NCBI GenBank assembly: GCA_964202965.1
Contig: CAXNKG010000012.1
Span: forward strand, 228 to 64,227
DNA length: 64,000 nucleotides
Source of the DNA: Vicinamibacterales bacterium
GTDB taxonomy: Bacteria; Acidobacteriota; Vicinamibacteria; Vicinamibacterales; UBA2999
Reading direction: 5' to 3'
The notes beneath the pieces were generated by a model. It was given only the letters and a program-made list of their open reading frames with translations, was not told where the DNA came from and searched no databases. Of this stretch, positions 9,834 to 19,240 are shown one piece after another. A program made the translations under genes and the position numbers. Each line of letters begins with the position of its first letter. The stretch's first letter is position 1.

Positions 9834-10795
9834 GGCTCAGGGCTCTGGGCTTTGGGCTCTCGGCCTTTCTTCTGCTGTTGGCCGCGTCTGCCTCCGCCGC
9901 GGAACGCTACGTCGTCATCGTGTCGGGCGCGTCGGGTGGGGAGAAGTACGCGGAGCAGCAGAAGCAGTGGCGCAATGAGCTGACGATCTTCCTGACGTCC
10001 AGGTTCGCGGTCCCCGATGCCAACGTGGCGGTGCTCGATGAAGAGAGCACGGGCACGGCGCAGGCGACCGCGCGGAACGTCCGCCGCCTGCTGGCCGACC
10101 TGCGCCGCCGTGTGACGCGCGACGATACGCTGATGCTGTTCCTGCTCGGCCACGGGACGTTTGACGGCGACGCCGCCAAGTTCAACCTGGTCGGCCCCGA
10201 TCTCACCGCGCCGCAGTGGAAAGAGGCGATCGACGGCATCGCCGGCCGCCTCGTCATCGTCAACACCACCGAATCGAGCTACCCGTTTCTCGAAGAGCTC
10301 TCGCGCGCCGGGCGCATCATCATTACCGCGACCGATTCGGCGCAGCAGCGGTTTGCGACGGTGTTTCCCGAATACTTCATCCGATCGCTCGCCGACCTCT
10401 CGAGTGACATGGACAAGAACGGGCGCATCTCGCTGTGGGAGGCGTTTGCGTCGGCCAGCGCGGGCGTGAAGCAGCACTACGAACAGCGCGGGCAGCTCTC
10501 AACCGAGCGGCCGCTGCTCGATGACAACGGGGACCGCGTCGGCCGCGAAGCGGACGCTCCCGGCGACGACGGTGTGATGGCGCAAGCGTGGTACTTCGAC
10601 GCCGAGCGCGCGTTCCCCGCCAGCGCCAACCCGGCGGTGGCCGATCTCGAACGCGCCCGCCGCGCGCTCGAGCGTCGGCTCGAGGACCTGAAGGCGCGCC
10701 GGGCGCTGCTCTCCGACGAGCAGTACCAGCAGGAGCTCGAAGCGATTCTGGTCGAGCTCGCGCGCGTCGCGCAGGAGATTCGCCGTTCCTCATAG
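9830..10795 (+). CDS. Secreted peptidase C13 (legumain)-like protein with the catalytic Cys position occupied by Thr
   Basis: Signal peptide MRLRALGFGLSAFLLLLAASASAAE. LMLFLLGHGTFDG aligns with legumain FIYFTDHGSTG (His kept), and VIVNTTESSYPF aligns with VFYIEACESGSMM (Cys to Thr, codon 10268-10270). ATGA overlap with the upstream gene. Confidence 0.6.
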   Translation: MRLRALGFGLSAFLLLLAASASAAERYVVIVSGASGGEKYAEQQKQWRNELTIFLTSRFAVPDANVAVLDEESTGTAQATARNVRRLLADLRRRVTRDDTLMLFLLGHGTFDGDAAKFNLVGPDLTAPQWKEAIDGIAGRLVIVNTTESSYPFLEELSRAGRIIITATDSAQQRFATVFPEYFIRSLADLSSDMDKNGRISLWEAFASASAGVKQHYEQRGQLSTERPLLDDNGDRVGREADAPGDDGVMAQAWYFDAERAFPASANPAVADLERARRALERRLEDLKARRALLSDEQYQQELEAILVELARVAQEIRRSS

Positions 10796-10860
10796 CACGG
10801 GTTCCGCTGGCGAACCTGAACACGAACAGAGAAGATAGAAGCCGAGCAGCGTGAACGACG

Positions 10861-11067
10861 ATGATCTGTACGAACTGCAGCACTGAAATCGCCGACAGGG
10901 CGCTAATTTGTTTCCGGTGCGGTCAGGCGACGACCGAGCCGCGCGTGAAACCTCCGGCCGACGGATCCCTCTTCGGTAAGCCCCGTCGCCGCCGGAGCCC
11001 GCTGACGATCGCGGTGGCGATCGTCAGCCTGGTACTGCTGGCGCTCTATTTCCTGACCGCGCCCTGA
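10861..11067 (+). CDS. Small zinc-ribbon membrane protein
   Basis: [21 protein letters not shown] (CxxC...CxxC), followed by a basic linker and one TM helix ([18 protein letters not shown]). Confidence 0.5.
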   Translation: MICTNCSTEIADRALICFRCGQATTEPRVKPPADGSLFGKPRRRRSPLTIAVAIVSLVLLALYFLTAP

Positions 11068-11196
11068 CCCGGCTGTTGAGGTCTTGACCGCCAGATCGCC
11101 GAACGCGGCGGCCGGGCAGATGGCCATGAATCGGTTTCCGTTTCGCGAGGCAGGCAGGAGGCCGGCCCGTATAATCGGGGCCGTTGGGATGCCGCG

Positions 11197-12441
11197 GTGC
11201 ATGACGGCCTGATTTACGACTGGAACCGGGCGTCGCCCACGCACAGGCCGGCCCTGGTCATGCTGGACGACGAGACGCTGCGGGACGGCCTGCAATCGCC
11301 GTCGGTGCGGGCGCCGTCGATCGCGCAGAAGATCGAGATCCTGCACCTGCTCGACCGGCTGTCGATTCACGCGACTGACATCGGTCTGCCCGGCGCCGGC
11401 GCGCATGTCGTCCGCGACACGGAGCAGCTCGCGCGCGAGATCGTCGATGCCAGGCTGACGATTCGCGCGCAGTGCGCGGCCCGCACGCTCGTCAGCGATA
11501 TTCAGCCCATTGCCGACATCCAGCAGCGCACCGGCCTCGACATCGAATGCTGCTGCTTCATCGGGTCGAGTCCCATCCGGCGGTATGCGGAGGACTGGTC
11601 GGTCGACTACCTCCAGCGCTGCACGGAGGACGCGGTCGGATTCGCGGTCGGGCAGGGCCTTCGCGTCATGTACGTCACGGAAGACACGACCAGGTCCGAT
11701 CCGGAGACCCTGCGCCGCCTGTTCCTCGCGGCGATTCGCGCCGGCGCGTCGCGGATCTGTCTGGCCGATACGGTTGGCCATGCCACGCCTGATGGCACGA
11801 CGGCGCTCGTGCGGTTCGCGCGCTCGGTCATCGACGAGTCGGGGAGCGGCGACATCGGGATCGACTGGCACGGACACCGCGATCGCGACATGGGGACCAC
11901 GAACAGCCTGTTTGCCCTCGAAGCCGGCGCCACGCGCGTGCACGGCACCATCATGGGCATCGGCGAGCGGGTGGGGAACACGCCGCTCGATCTTCTCCTT
12001 GTGAATCTCGTGCTCATGGGCTGGATCGAGCGCGACCTCGGGTGCCTGAACGAGCTGGTGCGGCTGGTGTCGCAGGCGACCGGCGAGCCGATTCCGGACA
12101 ACTACCCGGTGTTCGGGCGCGACGCGTTCCGGACGGCGACCGGCGTCCACGCGGCGGCGGTCATCAAGGCCTTCCGCAAGCACGATCCCGCGCTCATGGA
12201 CGCGGTCTACTCAGGCGTGCCCGCGCGTCTTGTCGGCCGATCGCAGGAGATTGAAGTCGGGCCGATGTCGGGCAGGTCGAACGTCGTCTTCTGGCTGGAA
12301 CGGCACGGCATCGAGGCGGAAGAGGAGCTGGTGGATCGGCTGTTCCGCCGCGCCAAGGCGTCGTCGACGGTGCTGACCGAACAGGAGATGCTGACCGAGA
12401 TCGCGCACGCGAAGCCGAGACCCACCCGTCTCGACGCGTAA
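11197..12441 (+). CDS. 2-isopropylmalate/homocitrate synthase family protein (HMGL-like domain, short form)
   Basis: LDDETLRDGLQSPS, WHGHRDRDMGTTNSLFALEAGATRVHGTIMGIGERVGNTPLD. The start is uncertain: GTG 11197 or ATG 11260. Confidence 0.7.
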   Translation: MHDGLIYDWNRASPTHRPALVMLDDETLRDGLQSPSVRAPSIAQKIEILHLLDRLSIHATDIGLPGAGAHVVRDTEQLAREIVDARLTIRAQCAARTLVSDIQPIADIQQRTGLDIECCCFIGSSPIRRYAEDWSVDYLQRCTEDAVGFAVGQGLRVMYVTEDTTRSDPETLRRLFLAAIRAGASRICLADTVGHATPDGTTALVRFARSVIDESGSGDIGIDWHGHRDRDMGTTNSLFALEAGATRVHGTIMGIGERVGNTPLDLLLVNLVLMGWIERDLGCLNELVRLVSQATGEPIPDNYPVFGRDAFRTATGVHAAAVIKAFRKHDPALMDAVYSGVPARLVGRSQEIEVGPMSGRSNVVFWLERHGIEAEEELVDRLFRRAKASSTVLTEQEMLTEIAHAKPRPTRLDA

Positions 12442-12481
12442 TCCAACAGATACGTAGGGCGGTGCCGCGGCGAGGCTCGAT

Positions 12482-13399
12482 CTAGCGAGCCGTGGCCCCG
12501 CCGGCCGCCAGCCTCTTTTCGATCTGCGGGAGGGCGTCCAGCACCACGTCCCCCACGGTCTGCAGGCTCCTGGCGCTGACGTGATCGAGGTCGTCCTGCA
12601 CCGTATGCCAGGCGGGGTAGTCGAGATCGATGATGTCGACGGACGGCACGCCGGCCTTGACGAAGTTGACGTGGTCGTCCTCGATCGTCGTGTCTTCCGG
12701 CAGGAACTGGGTGCGATATCCGAGACGGGTGGCGGACGCCCAGACCAGGTCGGTCAGCCATCGCGTGGAATTGCTGTCGCGGCGGATCGTGAGGTTGCGG
12801 TCGCCGATCATGTCGAGGAGCACGAGCGCTTTGAGACCGGCGAGCGTCCCGGCCTTCTGCGCGGTCTGGACGTAGCGGCGGCTGCCGTACGTGTTGTCGT
12901 TGTTGCGGTACCAGTCGACAACCGCCTCTTCGCCGTCGAAGAAGAGCAGCTCGATGGTGTAGTCGTTCTGCCGGTTCTTCAGCACGCGCGCGAGCTCGAG
13001 GACCGCGGCCGTCGATGACGCGCCGTCGCTGGCGCCGACGAACCGGAAGTCCCTGAACAGCTTCGTGTCGTAGTGGGTGGCGAGGGCGATCCGCTCCGCC
13101 CGGCGGCCCGGGATCGTCGCGACGATGTTGACCATCCGGATGCGTCCGATGGGGGTTTCGGCGTCCCAGGCATCCTCGCGCGCGGCGACGCCGGCGGCTT
13201 TCAGTTGGGCCAGGATGTACTGGCGGGTTTGCGCCAGTGCGGCCGATCCGGAGGGCCGCGGGCCGAAGCCCACCTGACGGCGCAGGTCTTCGTAGGCGCG
13301 CGTGCTGTCGAATGTCAGTGGCGCCGTCTGCATCGAAGCCGGGTTATTCACTGCGCAGGCCACCAGAAGCGCACCGACGACGGCGGCTGCGGATCGCAT
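12482..13399 (-). CDS. M28-family peptidase / glutaminyl-cyclase-like
   Basis: Signal peptide MRSAAAVVGALLVACAV, then FFDGEEAVVDWY...GSRRYV and LLDMIGDRNL. ATG 13399 lies 2 nt after the gltA stop; the listed 13507 start would overlap gltA. Confidence 0.75.
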   Translation of the reverse strand: MRSAAAVVGALLVACAVNNPASMQTAPLTFDSTRAYEDLRRQVGFGPRPSGSAALAQTRQYILAQLKAAGVAAREDAWDAETPIGRIRMVNIVATIPGRRAERIALATHYDTKLFRDFRFVGASDGASSTAAVLELARVLKNRQNDYTIELLFFDGEEAVVDWYRNNDNTYGSRRYVQTAQKAGTLAGLKALVLLDMIGDRNLTIRRDSNSTRWLTDLVWASATRLGYRTQFLPEDTTIEDDHVNFVKAGVPSVDIIDLDYPAWHTVQDDLDHVSARSLQTVGDVVLDALPQIEKRLAAGGATAR

Positions 13400-13401
13400 C
13401 C

Positions 13402-14688
13402 CTAGGTTCGTTTCTTGAGAGGGACGTACTCGCGCCTTGGCGACCCGATATAGATTTGCCGCGGCCGCGCGATCTTCTGCTCCGGATCGAGCAGCATCTC
13501 TTCCCACTGCGCAATCCAGCCCGCGGTCCGCGGAATGGCGAACAGCACCGGGAACATGGTGACGGGGAAGCCCATCGCCTGGTAAATGAGGCCGGAGTAG
13601 AAGTCGACGTTCGGGTAGAGCTTCCGGGAGATGAAGTACTCGTCCTGCAGCGCGATCCGTTCGAGTTCGATGGCGATCTCGAGGAGCGGATTCTTGCCGG
13701 TGACTTCGAAGACCTGGTCGGCCGTCCGCTTGATGATCTTCGCGCGGGGATCGTACGACTTGTAGATCCGGTGGCCGAAGCCCATGAGGCGGCCTTCGCC
13801 CGCCTTCACGCGCTTCACGAACGCCGGCACGTTGCCGACGCTGCCGATCTCGTTGAGCATCCGCAACACCGCCTCGTTCGCGCCGCCGTGCAGCGGGCCG
13901 TACAGCGCCGCGGCGGCGCCGGCCATCGCCGAGTAGGGGTCGACGTGCGAGCTGCCGATGTTGCGCATGGCGCTCGTGCTGCAGTTCTGCTCGTGGTCCA
14001 CGTGCAGGATGAACAGCACGTCCAGCGCCTTCTCGAGCACCGGGTTGGACTTGTACTTCAGCTCGGTCATCCGGAACAGCATGTTCAGGAAGTTGCCCGT
14101 GAAACTGAGCTCGTTGTCAGGCTGGTTGTAGGGGCGGCCGATGCTGTGGCGGTAGGCGTAGGCGGCGATGGTCGGGACTTTCGCGACCAGCCGGTGAATC
14201 TGCTTCCGCCGCGACTGCTCGTCGAAGATCTGCTTCGCGTCCGGGTAGAACGTCGAGAACGCGCCGACGGTGCTCAGGAAGACGCCCATCGGGTGGGCGT
14301 CGTACTGGTAGCCCTCCATCAGCTTCTTGATGTTCTCGTGAAGCATGGTGTGAAGGATGATGTCCTTCGTCCATGTCTCGAGCTGCGCGGCGGTCGGCAG
14401 CTCCCCGAAGATGATCAGGTAGGCGGTTTCCAGGTAGGTGGAATGTTCCGCCAGCTGCTCGATCGGGTAGCCCCGGTACTCGAGGATTCCCTTGTCGCCG
14501 TCGATGAAGGTGATCCGGCTGCGGCAGTTCGCCGTGTTCATGAACGCCGGGTCGTAGGTCATGAGGCCCGGGTCGTCGGCGACGGCCTTGAGCTGGCGGA
14601 GGTCAGTCGCCTTGATCGTGCCGTCCGTGATCGGGACCTCGTAGCTCTTGCCCGTGCGGTTGTCCGTAATCGTGAGCGTATCGGCCAT
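13402..14688 (-). CDS. gltA: Citrate synthase (type II)
   Basis: 428 aa: MADTLTITDNRTGKSYEVPITDGTIKATDL..., HVDHEQNCSTSAMR, GPLHGGANE, MGFGHRIYKSYDPRA. Confidence 0.93.
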   Translation of the reverse strand: MADTLTITDNRTGKSYEVPITDGTIKATDLRQLKAVADDPGLMTYDPAFMNTANCRSRITFIDGDKGILEYRGYPIEQLAEHSTYLETAYLIIFGELPTAAQLETWTKDIILHTMLHENIKKLMEGYQYDAHPMGVFLSTVGAFSTFYPDAKQIFDEQSRRKQIHRLVAKVPTIAAYAYRHSIGRPYNQPDNELSFTGNFLNMLFRMTELKYKSNPVLEKALDVLFILHVDHEQNCSTSAMRNIGSSHVDPYSAMAGAAAALYGPLHGGANEAVLRMLNEIGSVGNVPAFVKRVKAGEGRLMGFGHRIYKSYDPRAKIIKRTADQVFEVTGKNPLLEIAIELERIALQDEYFISRKLYPNVDFYSGLIYQAMGFPVTMFPVLFAIPRTAGWIAQWEEMLLDPEQKIARPRQIYIGSPRREYVPLKKRT

Positions 14689-14699
14689 GATGAGAAATA

Positions 14700-14879
14700 T
14701 CAGTCCAGAGGTTCGTCGGTTTCAGTGTCGTCCGGGAGCGCAGGCTCGGCGGGGACCCGGTACGTGCCGTCGGCCCACCGCGCGAGATCTTCGTTCCGGC
14801 ACCGCTCGCTGCAGAACGGCCGCCAGCGGCCGTCCACCGGCTGCCGGCGGCACTGCACGCACAGTGGCGCCTCGCCCAT
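14700..14879 (-). CDS. yacG: DNA gyrase inhibitor YacG-like zinc finger (59 aa, not in the ORF track)
   Basis: Hand translation: MGEAPLCVQCRRQPVDGRWRPFCSERCRNEDLARWADGTYRVPAEPALPDDTETDEPLD*. The CxxC...RPFCSxRCxxxDLxxW pattern matches E. coli YacG ([24 protein letters not shown]). Confidence 0.7.
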   Translation of the reverse strand: MGEAPLCVQCRRQPVDGRWRPFCSERCRNEDLARWADGTYRVPAEPALPDDTETDEPLD

Positions 14880-14886
14880 CCGATAG

Positions 14887-14892
14887 ATTCTA
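14887..14892 (-). promoter_or_regulatory. Candidate -10 box TAGAAT, 7 nt upstream of the yacG ATG (leaderless yacG-gltA transcript?)
   Basis: The minus strand reads TAA(phoU stop)-CGATAGAATCTATCGG-ATG. The hexamer lies inside the palindrome CGATAG-AAT-CTATCG. Confidence 0.3.
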
Positions 14893-14895
14893 TCG

Positions 14896-15561
14896 TTAGT
14901 GGCCCGGCTGGTGTCGAACGTCGAGCGCCGACACCATGAAGATCACGTCTTCCGCGATATTGGTGGCATGGTCGCCGATCCGCTCGAGGTGGCGGGACAT
15001 CAGGATCAGGTCGAGCGCCGGCTCCACCGTGGTCGGGTCGTGGAGCATGTAGGTCAGGAGCTCCCGGAAGACCTTCGTTTTCAGGGCATCCAGCACGTCG
15101 TCCTGGTTGAGGACCTGCTGGGCCAGGACCGTATCGCGGCGGACGAAGGCATCGAGCGCATCCCGCAGCATCCCCTGGGCGATATCGCCCATCTGCGGGA
15201 TGTCGATCAGCTTCTTGACCGGCGCGTGGCCGGCATACCGCCGCGCCGCCTCCGCGATATTGACCGCCAGGTCGCCCACGCGCTCGAGGTCGGTGTTGAT
15301 CTTGACCGCGGCCACGATCGCGCGGAGGTCGGTCGCCATCGGCTGGTGGAGCGCCAGCAGCGTGAAGCAGCGGTTGTCGATCTCGATGTGGAACTCGTTG
15401 ATCGGCTCGTCGCCGCGCAGCACCTTGTCGATGAGCGCGGGGTCGCGGACCGCGAGACCCTGCACCGCCGAGCGCACGCGCTCCTCGGCCAGTCCGCCCA
15501 TTTCGAGCAGCCGCGCCTGGAGCGCCTCGAGTTCTTCCTGAAAGTGACGGACTCGTTCCAT
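14896..15561 (-). CDS. phoU: Phosphate signalling complex protein PhoU
   Basis: MERVRHFQEELEALQARLLEMG...DNRCFTLLALHQPMATDLR...ERIGDHATNIAE. Confidence 0.92.
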   Translation of the reverse strand: MERVRHFQEELEALQARLLEMGGLAEERVRSAVQGLAVRDPALIDKVLRGDEPINEFHIEIDNRCFTLLALHQPMATDLRAIVAAVKINTDLERVGDLAVNIAEAARRYAGHAPVKKLIDIPQMGDIAQGMLRDALDAFVRRDTVLAQQVLNQDDVLDALKTKVFRELLTYMLHDPTTVEPALDLILMSRHLERIGDHATNIAEDVIFMVSALDVRHQPGH

Positions 15562-15563
15562 CG

Positions 15564-16391
15564 TCAGCCGAATCGTCCCGTGACGTAGTCTTCCGTCAAT
15601 TTCTCCCCAGGATTCGTGAAGATCTTCTGCGTCCGATCGTACTCGACCAGCTTTCCCAGCCAGAAGAACGCCGTACAGTCGGACACGCGTGCCGCCTGCT
15701 GCATGTTATGCGTCACGATCACGATCGTGTAGTCCTTCTTCAGGTCGTACACCAGCTCTTCGATGCGCTGCGTGGCGATCGGATCGAGCGCCGACGCTGG
15801 CTCGTCCATGAGCAGGATGTCGGGCTTGACCGCAAGCGCGCGCGCGATGCACAGCCGCTGCTGCTGCCCGCCAGACATCGCGAGCGCGGAATCGTGCAGC
15901 CGGTCCTTCACTTCGTCCCAGAGCGCGGCCTGCCGCAGGCTCTGCTCGACCCGCTCCTCGACCTCGGCGCGGCTCTCGTCCATGCCGTTCACGCGCAGCC
16001 CGTAGGCGACGTTGTCGAAGACCGACTTCGGGAACGGGTTGGACTTCTGGAACACCATGCCGACACGCCGGCGCAGCGAGACGACGTCGATGCCGTGGCC
16101 GTAGATGTCGGTGCCATCAATGAGGAGCCTGCCCTCGACCCGCGTGCCAGGAATGATGTCGTTCATCCGGTTCATCGTCCGGAGGAACGTGCTCTTGCCG
16201 CAGCCCGACGGCCCGATGAAGGCGGTCACCAGGTTCGGTTGGATCGTGATGGAAATGTCCTGGAGCGCCCGCGTGTCGCCGTAGAAGAAGTTCAGCCTCT
16301 CGGCCTGCACCTTCGGCGGGCCCGCGATGCCGGGCTGGGGACCGCGCGCCGCGATGCCGGCAAGCGACGGCACGGGGATGCTGGCGCTCAT
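15564..16391 (-). CDS. pstB: Phosphate ABC transporter ATP-binding protein PstB
   Basis: [75 protein letters not shown] 16391 overlaps the pstA stop (ATGA); the listed 16709 start is an extension. Confidence 0.92.
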   Translation of the reverse strand: MSASIPVPSLAGIAARGPQPGIAGPPKVQAERLNFFYGDTRALQDISITIQPNLVTAFIGPSGCGKSTFLRTMNRMNDIIPGTRVEGRLLIDGTDIYGHGIDVVSLRRRVGMVFQKSNPFPKSVFDNVAYGLRVNGMDESRAEVEERVEQSLRQAALWDEVKDRLHDSALAMSGGQQQRLCIARALAVKPDILLMDEPASALDPIATQRIEELVYDLKKDYTIVIVTHNMQQAARVSDCTAFFWLGKLVEYDRTQKIFTNPGEKLTEDYVTGRFG

Positions 16392-17254
16392 GTCAGCTTC
16401 TTCTGGTACCGGTCGCGGAGCCAGATGGCGGAGGCGTTCATCGTCAGGAGCAGCACCAGGAGAACGATGATACCGGCCGCGGCGTTCACCTGGAACTCCG
16501 GCTGTGGGCGGGAGACCCAGTTGAAGATCTGGATGGGGAGCACCGTGAACGGCGACCAGATGCCGTCGGGGGCGAAGGCGACGAAGGTGAGCGCCCCGAT
16601 GGAAATCAGGGGCGCCGTCTCCCCGATGGCGCGCGACAGGGCCAGGATGGTCCCCGTCAGAATGCCCGGGAGCGCGACCGGCAGCACCTGATACCAGACG
16701 GTCTGCCATTTGGTGGCCCCGAGGGCGTACGACCCCTCGCGAATGGAGCCGGGGACCGCCCGCAGCGCCTCGCGGGTCGAGAGGATGATGACCGGGAGGA
16801 CGAGCAGCGCCAGTGTCGATGCGCCCGCCAGGACGCTCCGTCCCATGCCCATCGCGCGGACGAAGAGGCCCAGGCCGAGCAGGCCGTAAATGATCGACGG
16901 CACCGCTGCCAGGTTGGTGATGTTGATCTCGATGATTTTCGAGAAGAGACCGCGCCGGGCGTACTCCTCGAGGTAGATCGCCGTGGCCACCCCGATCGGG
17001 ACGGCCAGCACGCCGGTCATGACGATGATGAAGACGCTCCCGGTGAGCGCGTGCCAGATGCCGGCGTCCGCCGCGCGTCTCGACGGGAAGCCGGTCAGAA
17101 AGTCGAGCGACAGGCGGCTCGCGCCGTCGCCCCAGACGTCCGCGATGAGCGCGCCGAGTGCTGCCAGCGCCGCGCAGAGGATGGCCAGCGCCAGCAGCTG
17201 GAAGCAGATGTCCAGGATGCGGCGCCGTGCCGTGGCCGCGCTGCGGGCGAGCAT
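16388..17254 (-). CDS. pstA: Phosphate ABC transporter permease PstA
   Basis: [15 protein letters not shown]...[47 protein letters not shown] 17254 lies just downstream of the pstC stop; the rest of the 532-aa ORF overlaps pstC. Confidence 0.88.
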   Translation of the reverse strand: MLARSAATARRRILDICFQLLALAILCAALAALGALIADVWGDGASRLSLDFLTGFPSRRAADAGIWHALTGSVFIIVMTGVLAVPIGVATAIYLEEYARRGLFSKIIEINITNLAAVPSIIYGLLGLGLFVRAMGMGRSVLAGASTLALLVLPVIILSTREALRAVPGSIREGSYALGATKWQTVWYQVLPVALPGILTGTILALSRAIGETAPLISIGALTFVAFAPDGIWSPFTVLPIQIFNWVSRPQPEFQVNAAAGIIVLLVLLLTMNASAIWLRDRYQKKLT

Positions 17255-17262
17255 GTGCTCCC

Positions 17263-18138
17263 TCACGCGTACTCCTCGCGGAAGCGTTCGCGGAGCCAGG
17301 CGCTCACCAGATTCAGCAGGAACGTGCCGGTGAAGAGCAGCATGCCGACGGCGAAAATCGTCCGGTATTCGAGCGTCCCCTGCGGCGTGTCGCCCAGGCT
17401 GACCTGCACGATGTAGGCGGTCATCGTTTCGACCGGGAGCGTCGGATTCCACGTGAGGCGCGGCTGCTGGCCGGCGGCAATCGCCACGATCATCGTCTCG
17501 CCGACCGCACGGGACGCGGCCAGGATGCACGCCGCGGTAATGCCGGAAAATGCCGCGGGCAGCACGACGCGCAGGCTCGTCTGCATCTTGGTCGCGCCCA
17601 GCGCGTACGACCCCTCGCGCAGGCTCCGCGGCACCGCCTGCATGGCGTCTTCGGACAGCGACGAGACGAGCGGCAGGATCATGATGCCCATGACGATGCC
17701 GGGGCCCAGCGCGTTGAAGCCGGCGAGGTCTGGCAGGAGCCGCTGGAGGAGCGGGGTGACGAACAGCAGCGCGAAGTAGCCGTACACGACGGTCGGCACG
17801 CCTGCGAGGATCTCGAGGATCGGCTTGATCATGCGCCGGACGCGATGGTCGGCGTACTCGCTCAGATAAATGGCGCTGAGCAGGCCGCAGGGGAGCGCCA
17901 CGAGCATGGCGATCGCCGACACGAGCACGGTGCCCGACACCAGCGGCAGGACGCCGAAGCTCGGGGTCGCGAAGAGCGGCGTCCACTCGGTGCCGAACAG
18001 AAAGTCGGTGATCGGGACTTCACGCAGGAAGGCAAACGTCTCGACGGCCAGCACCAGGATGATGCCGGCCGTCGTGCCGATGGACAGCAGGGCGCAGAGG
18101 AACAGCGCCCATTCGATCAGGAACTCGAAGCGCTTCAT
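17263..18138 (-). CDS. pstC: Phosphate ABC transporter permease PstC
   Basis: 291 aa, multi-TM; [42 protein letters not shown]. Confidence 0.9.
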   Translation of the reverse strand: MKRFEFLIEWALFLCALLSIGTTAGIILVLAVETFAFLREVPITDFLFGTEWTPLFATPSFGVLPLVSGTVLVSAIAMLVALPCGLLSAIYLSEYADHRVRRMIKPILEILAGVPTVVYGYFALLFVTPLLQRLLPDLAGFNALGPGIVMGIMILPLVSSLSEDAMQAVPRSLREGSYALGATKMQTSLRVVLPAAFSGITAACILAASRAVGETMIVAIAAGQQPRLTWNPTLPVETMTAYIVQVSLGDTPQGTLEYRTIFAVGMLLFTGTFLLNLVSAWLRERFREEYA

Positions 18139-18148
18139 GCTTGACGCG

Positions 18149-19180
18149 TCACTGTTCCCTGGCCAGCAGCGCCTCGAGCGTCATGCCGACCTGGGAGCCG
18201 CCCTCGCCGAACGCCGTTCCGGTCCTGCGATCCGCGAAGTGCTTTCGCGCCATGTCGTAGATCTGCGGCGTCAGCTCGATGTAGCCGACTTCCTGGATGA
18301 GATCCGTCCGGCTGAAGAACATCTCCACGAACGTCTGAACTTCAGGGCGGTCGGCCGCCTTTCGCGAGACGTAGACGAACAGCGGCCGCGAGAGCGGCTG
18401 GTAGGTCCCGTTCCGCACCGTCTCCGCGGAGGGGGTGATGGGGCCCGCACCGTTATCCGGCTTCCCGTCCTCGACCGGAACGAGCTTCAGCCGTTCGCGG
18501 TTCGACTCGACATACGCAAGTGGGAGGAAGCCCAGCGCGAGCTCGTCGCTGGAGACGCCCTGGACGATCACGTTGTCGTCCTCGCTGGAGGTGAAGTCGC
18601 CGCGGCTGGCGCCCTCTTTTCCAACAGTCGCCTCGGTAAAGTAATCGTAGGTGCCCGAATCGACCCCGGCGCCGAACAGGCGGATGTCGCGATTGGGCCA
18701 GGACGCGCGCACCTGGTTCCAGCGCATGACCTTACCCTGCGCCTCCGGTGCCCACAGCGTCTTGAGTTCGGCCACCGTGATTGTGGTGGCCCACGTGTTC
18801 TTCGGATTCACCACGATGGCGAGACCGTCGTAGGCGATCGGGATCTCGATGTATGCAATGCCCGCCGTTTTACAGGCTTCGATCTCCGCGGGACGAATCG
18901 GCCGCGACGCATTGCTGATGTCGGTCTCGCCGCGGCAGAACTTCTGGAACCCGCCACCCGTGCCGGAAATGCCGACCGTGGGCGTGCGGACGTCCGGGTG
19001 GGCCTTGCCGTACTCCTCGGCCACCGCCTCGGCGATCGGGAACACGGTGCTCGATCCGTCGAGCGTAATGAGCGCTTCCGGCGCGGCCCCGCCGTCCTGC
19101 TGGGCCGGGGTGCCGCCTCCGCAGGCGACCGTCAAGGTGATGAGCGCGGCCAGGAGAGCGGGTAACAGTGACTGTCGCAT
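18149..19180 (-). CDS. pstS: Phosphate-binding lipoprotein PstS
   Basis: Lipobox LTVAC, then [17 protein letters not shown]...[26 protein letters not shown]. Confidence 0.88.
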   Translation of the reverse strand: MRQSLLPALLAALITLTVACGGGTPAQQDGGAAPEALITLDGSSTVFPIAEAVAEEYGKAHPDVRTPTVGISGTGGGFQKFCRGETDISNASRPIRPAEIEACKTAGIAYIEIPIAYDGLAIVVNPKNTWATTITVAELKTLWAPEAQGKVMRWNQVRASWPNRDIRLFGAGVDSGTYDYFTEATVGKEGASRGDFTSSEDDNVIVQGVSSDELALGFLPLAYVESNRERLKLVPVEDGKPDNGAGPITPSAETVRNGTYQPLSRPLFVYVSRKAADRPEVQTFVEMFFSRTDLIQEVGYIELTPQIYDMARKHFADRRTGTAFGEGGSQVGMTLEALLAREQ

Positions 19181-19220
19181 GCCTTCACGCTATGCGACGG
19201 CGATTACGCGGCGATTGCCG

Positions 19221-19240
19221 CCGTGTTAATTCCGTGTTAA
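19221..19240 (-). promoter_or_regulatory. Candidate Pho box: two 9-nt direct repeats with 11-bp phasing upstream of pstS
   Basis: The minus strand reads TTAACACGG-AA-TTAACACGG, 41-60 nt upstream of the pstS ATG. It overlaps the last codons and the stop of ppx. PhoB/PhoP operators are 11-bp-phased direct repeats. Confidence 0.4.

Noticed and set aside
13237-14886. 549-aa plus-strand ORF across gltA and yacG
   Set aside because: It is antisense to an unambiguous citrate synthase. The same reasoning applies to 19406..20788 (antisense to ppx), 38762..40153 and 40756..42441 (antisense to propeller genes), 42254..43714 (antisense to the TonB receptor), 59321..60850 (antisense to the methyltransferase) and 62098..63159 (antisense to argS).
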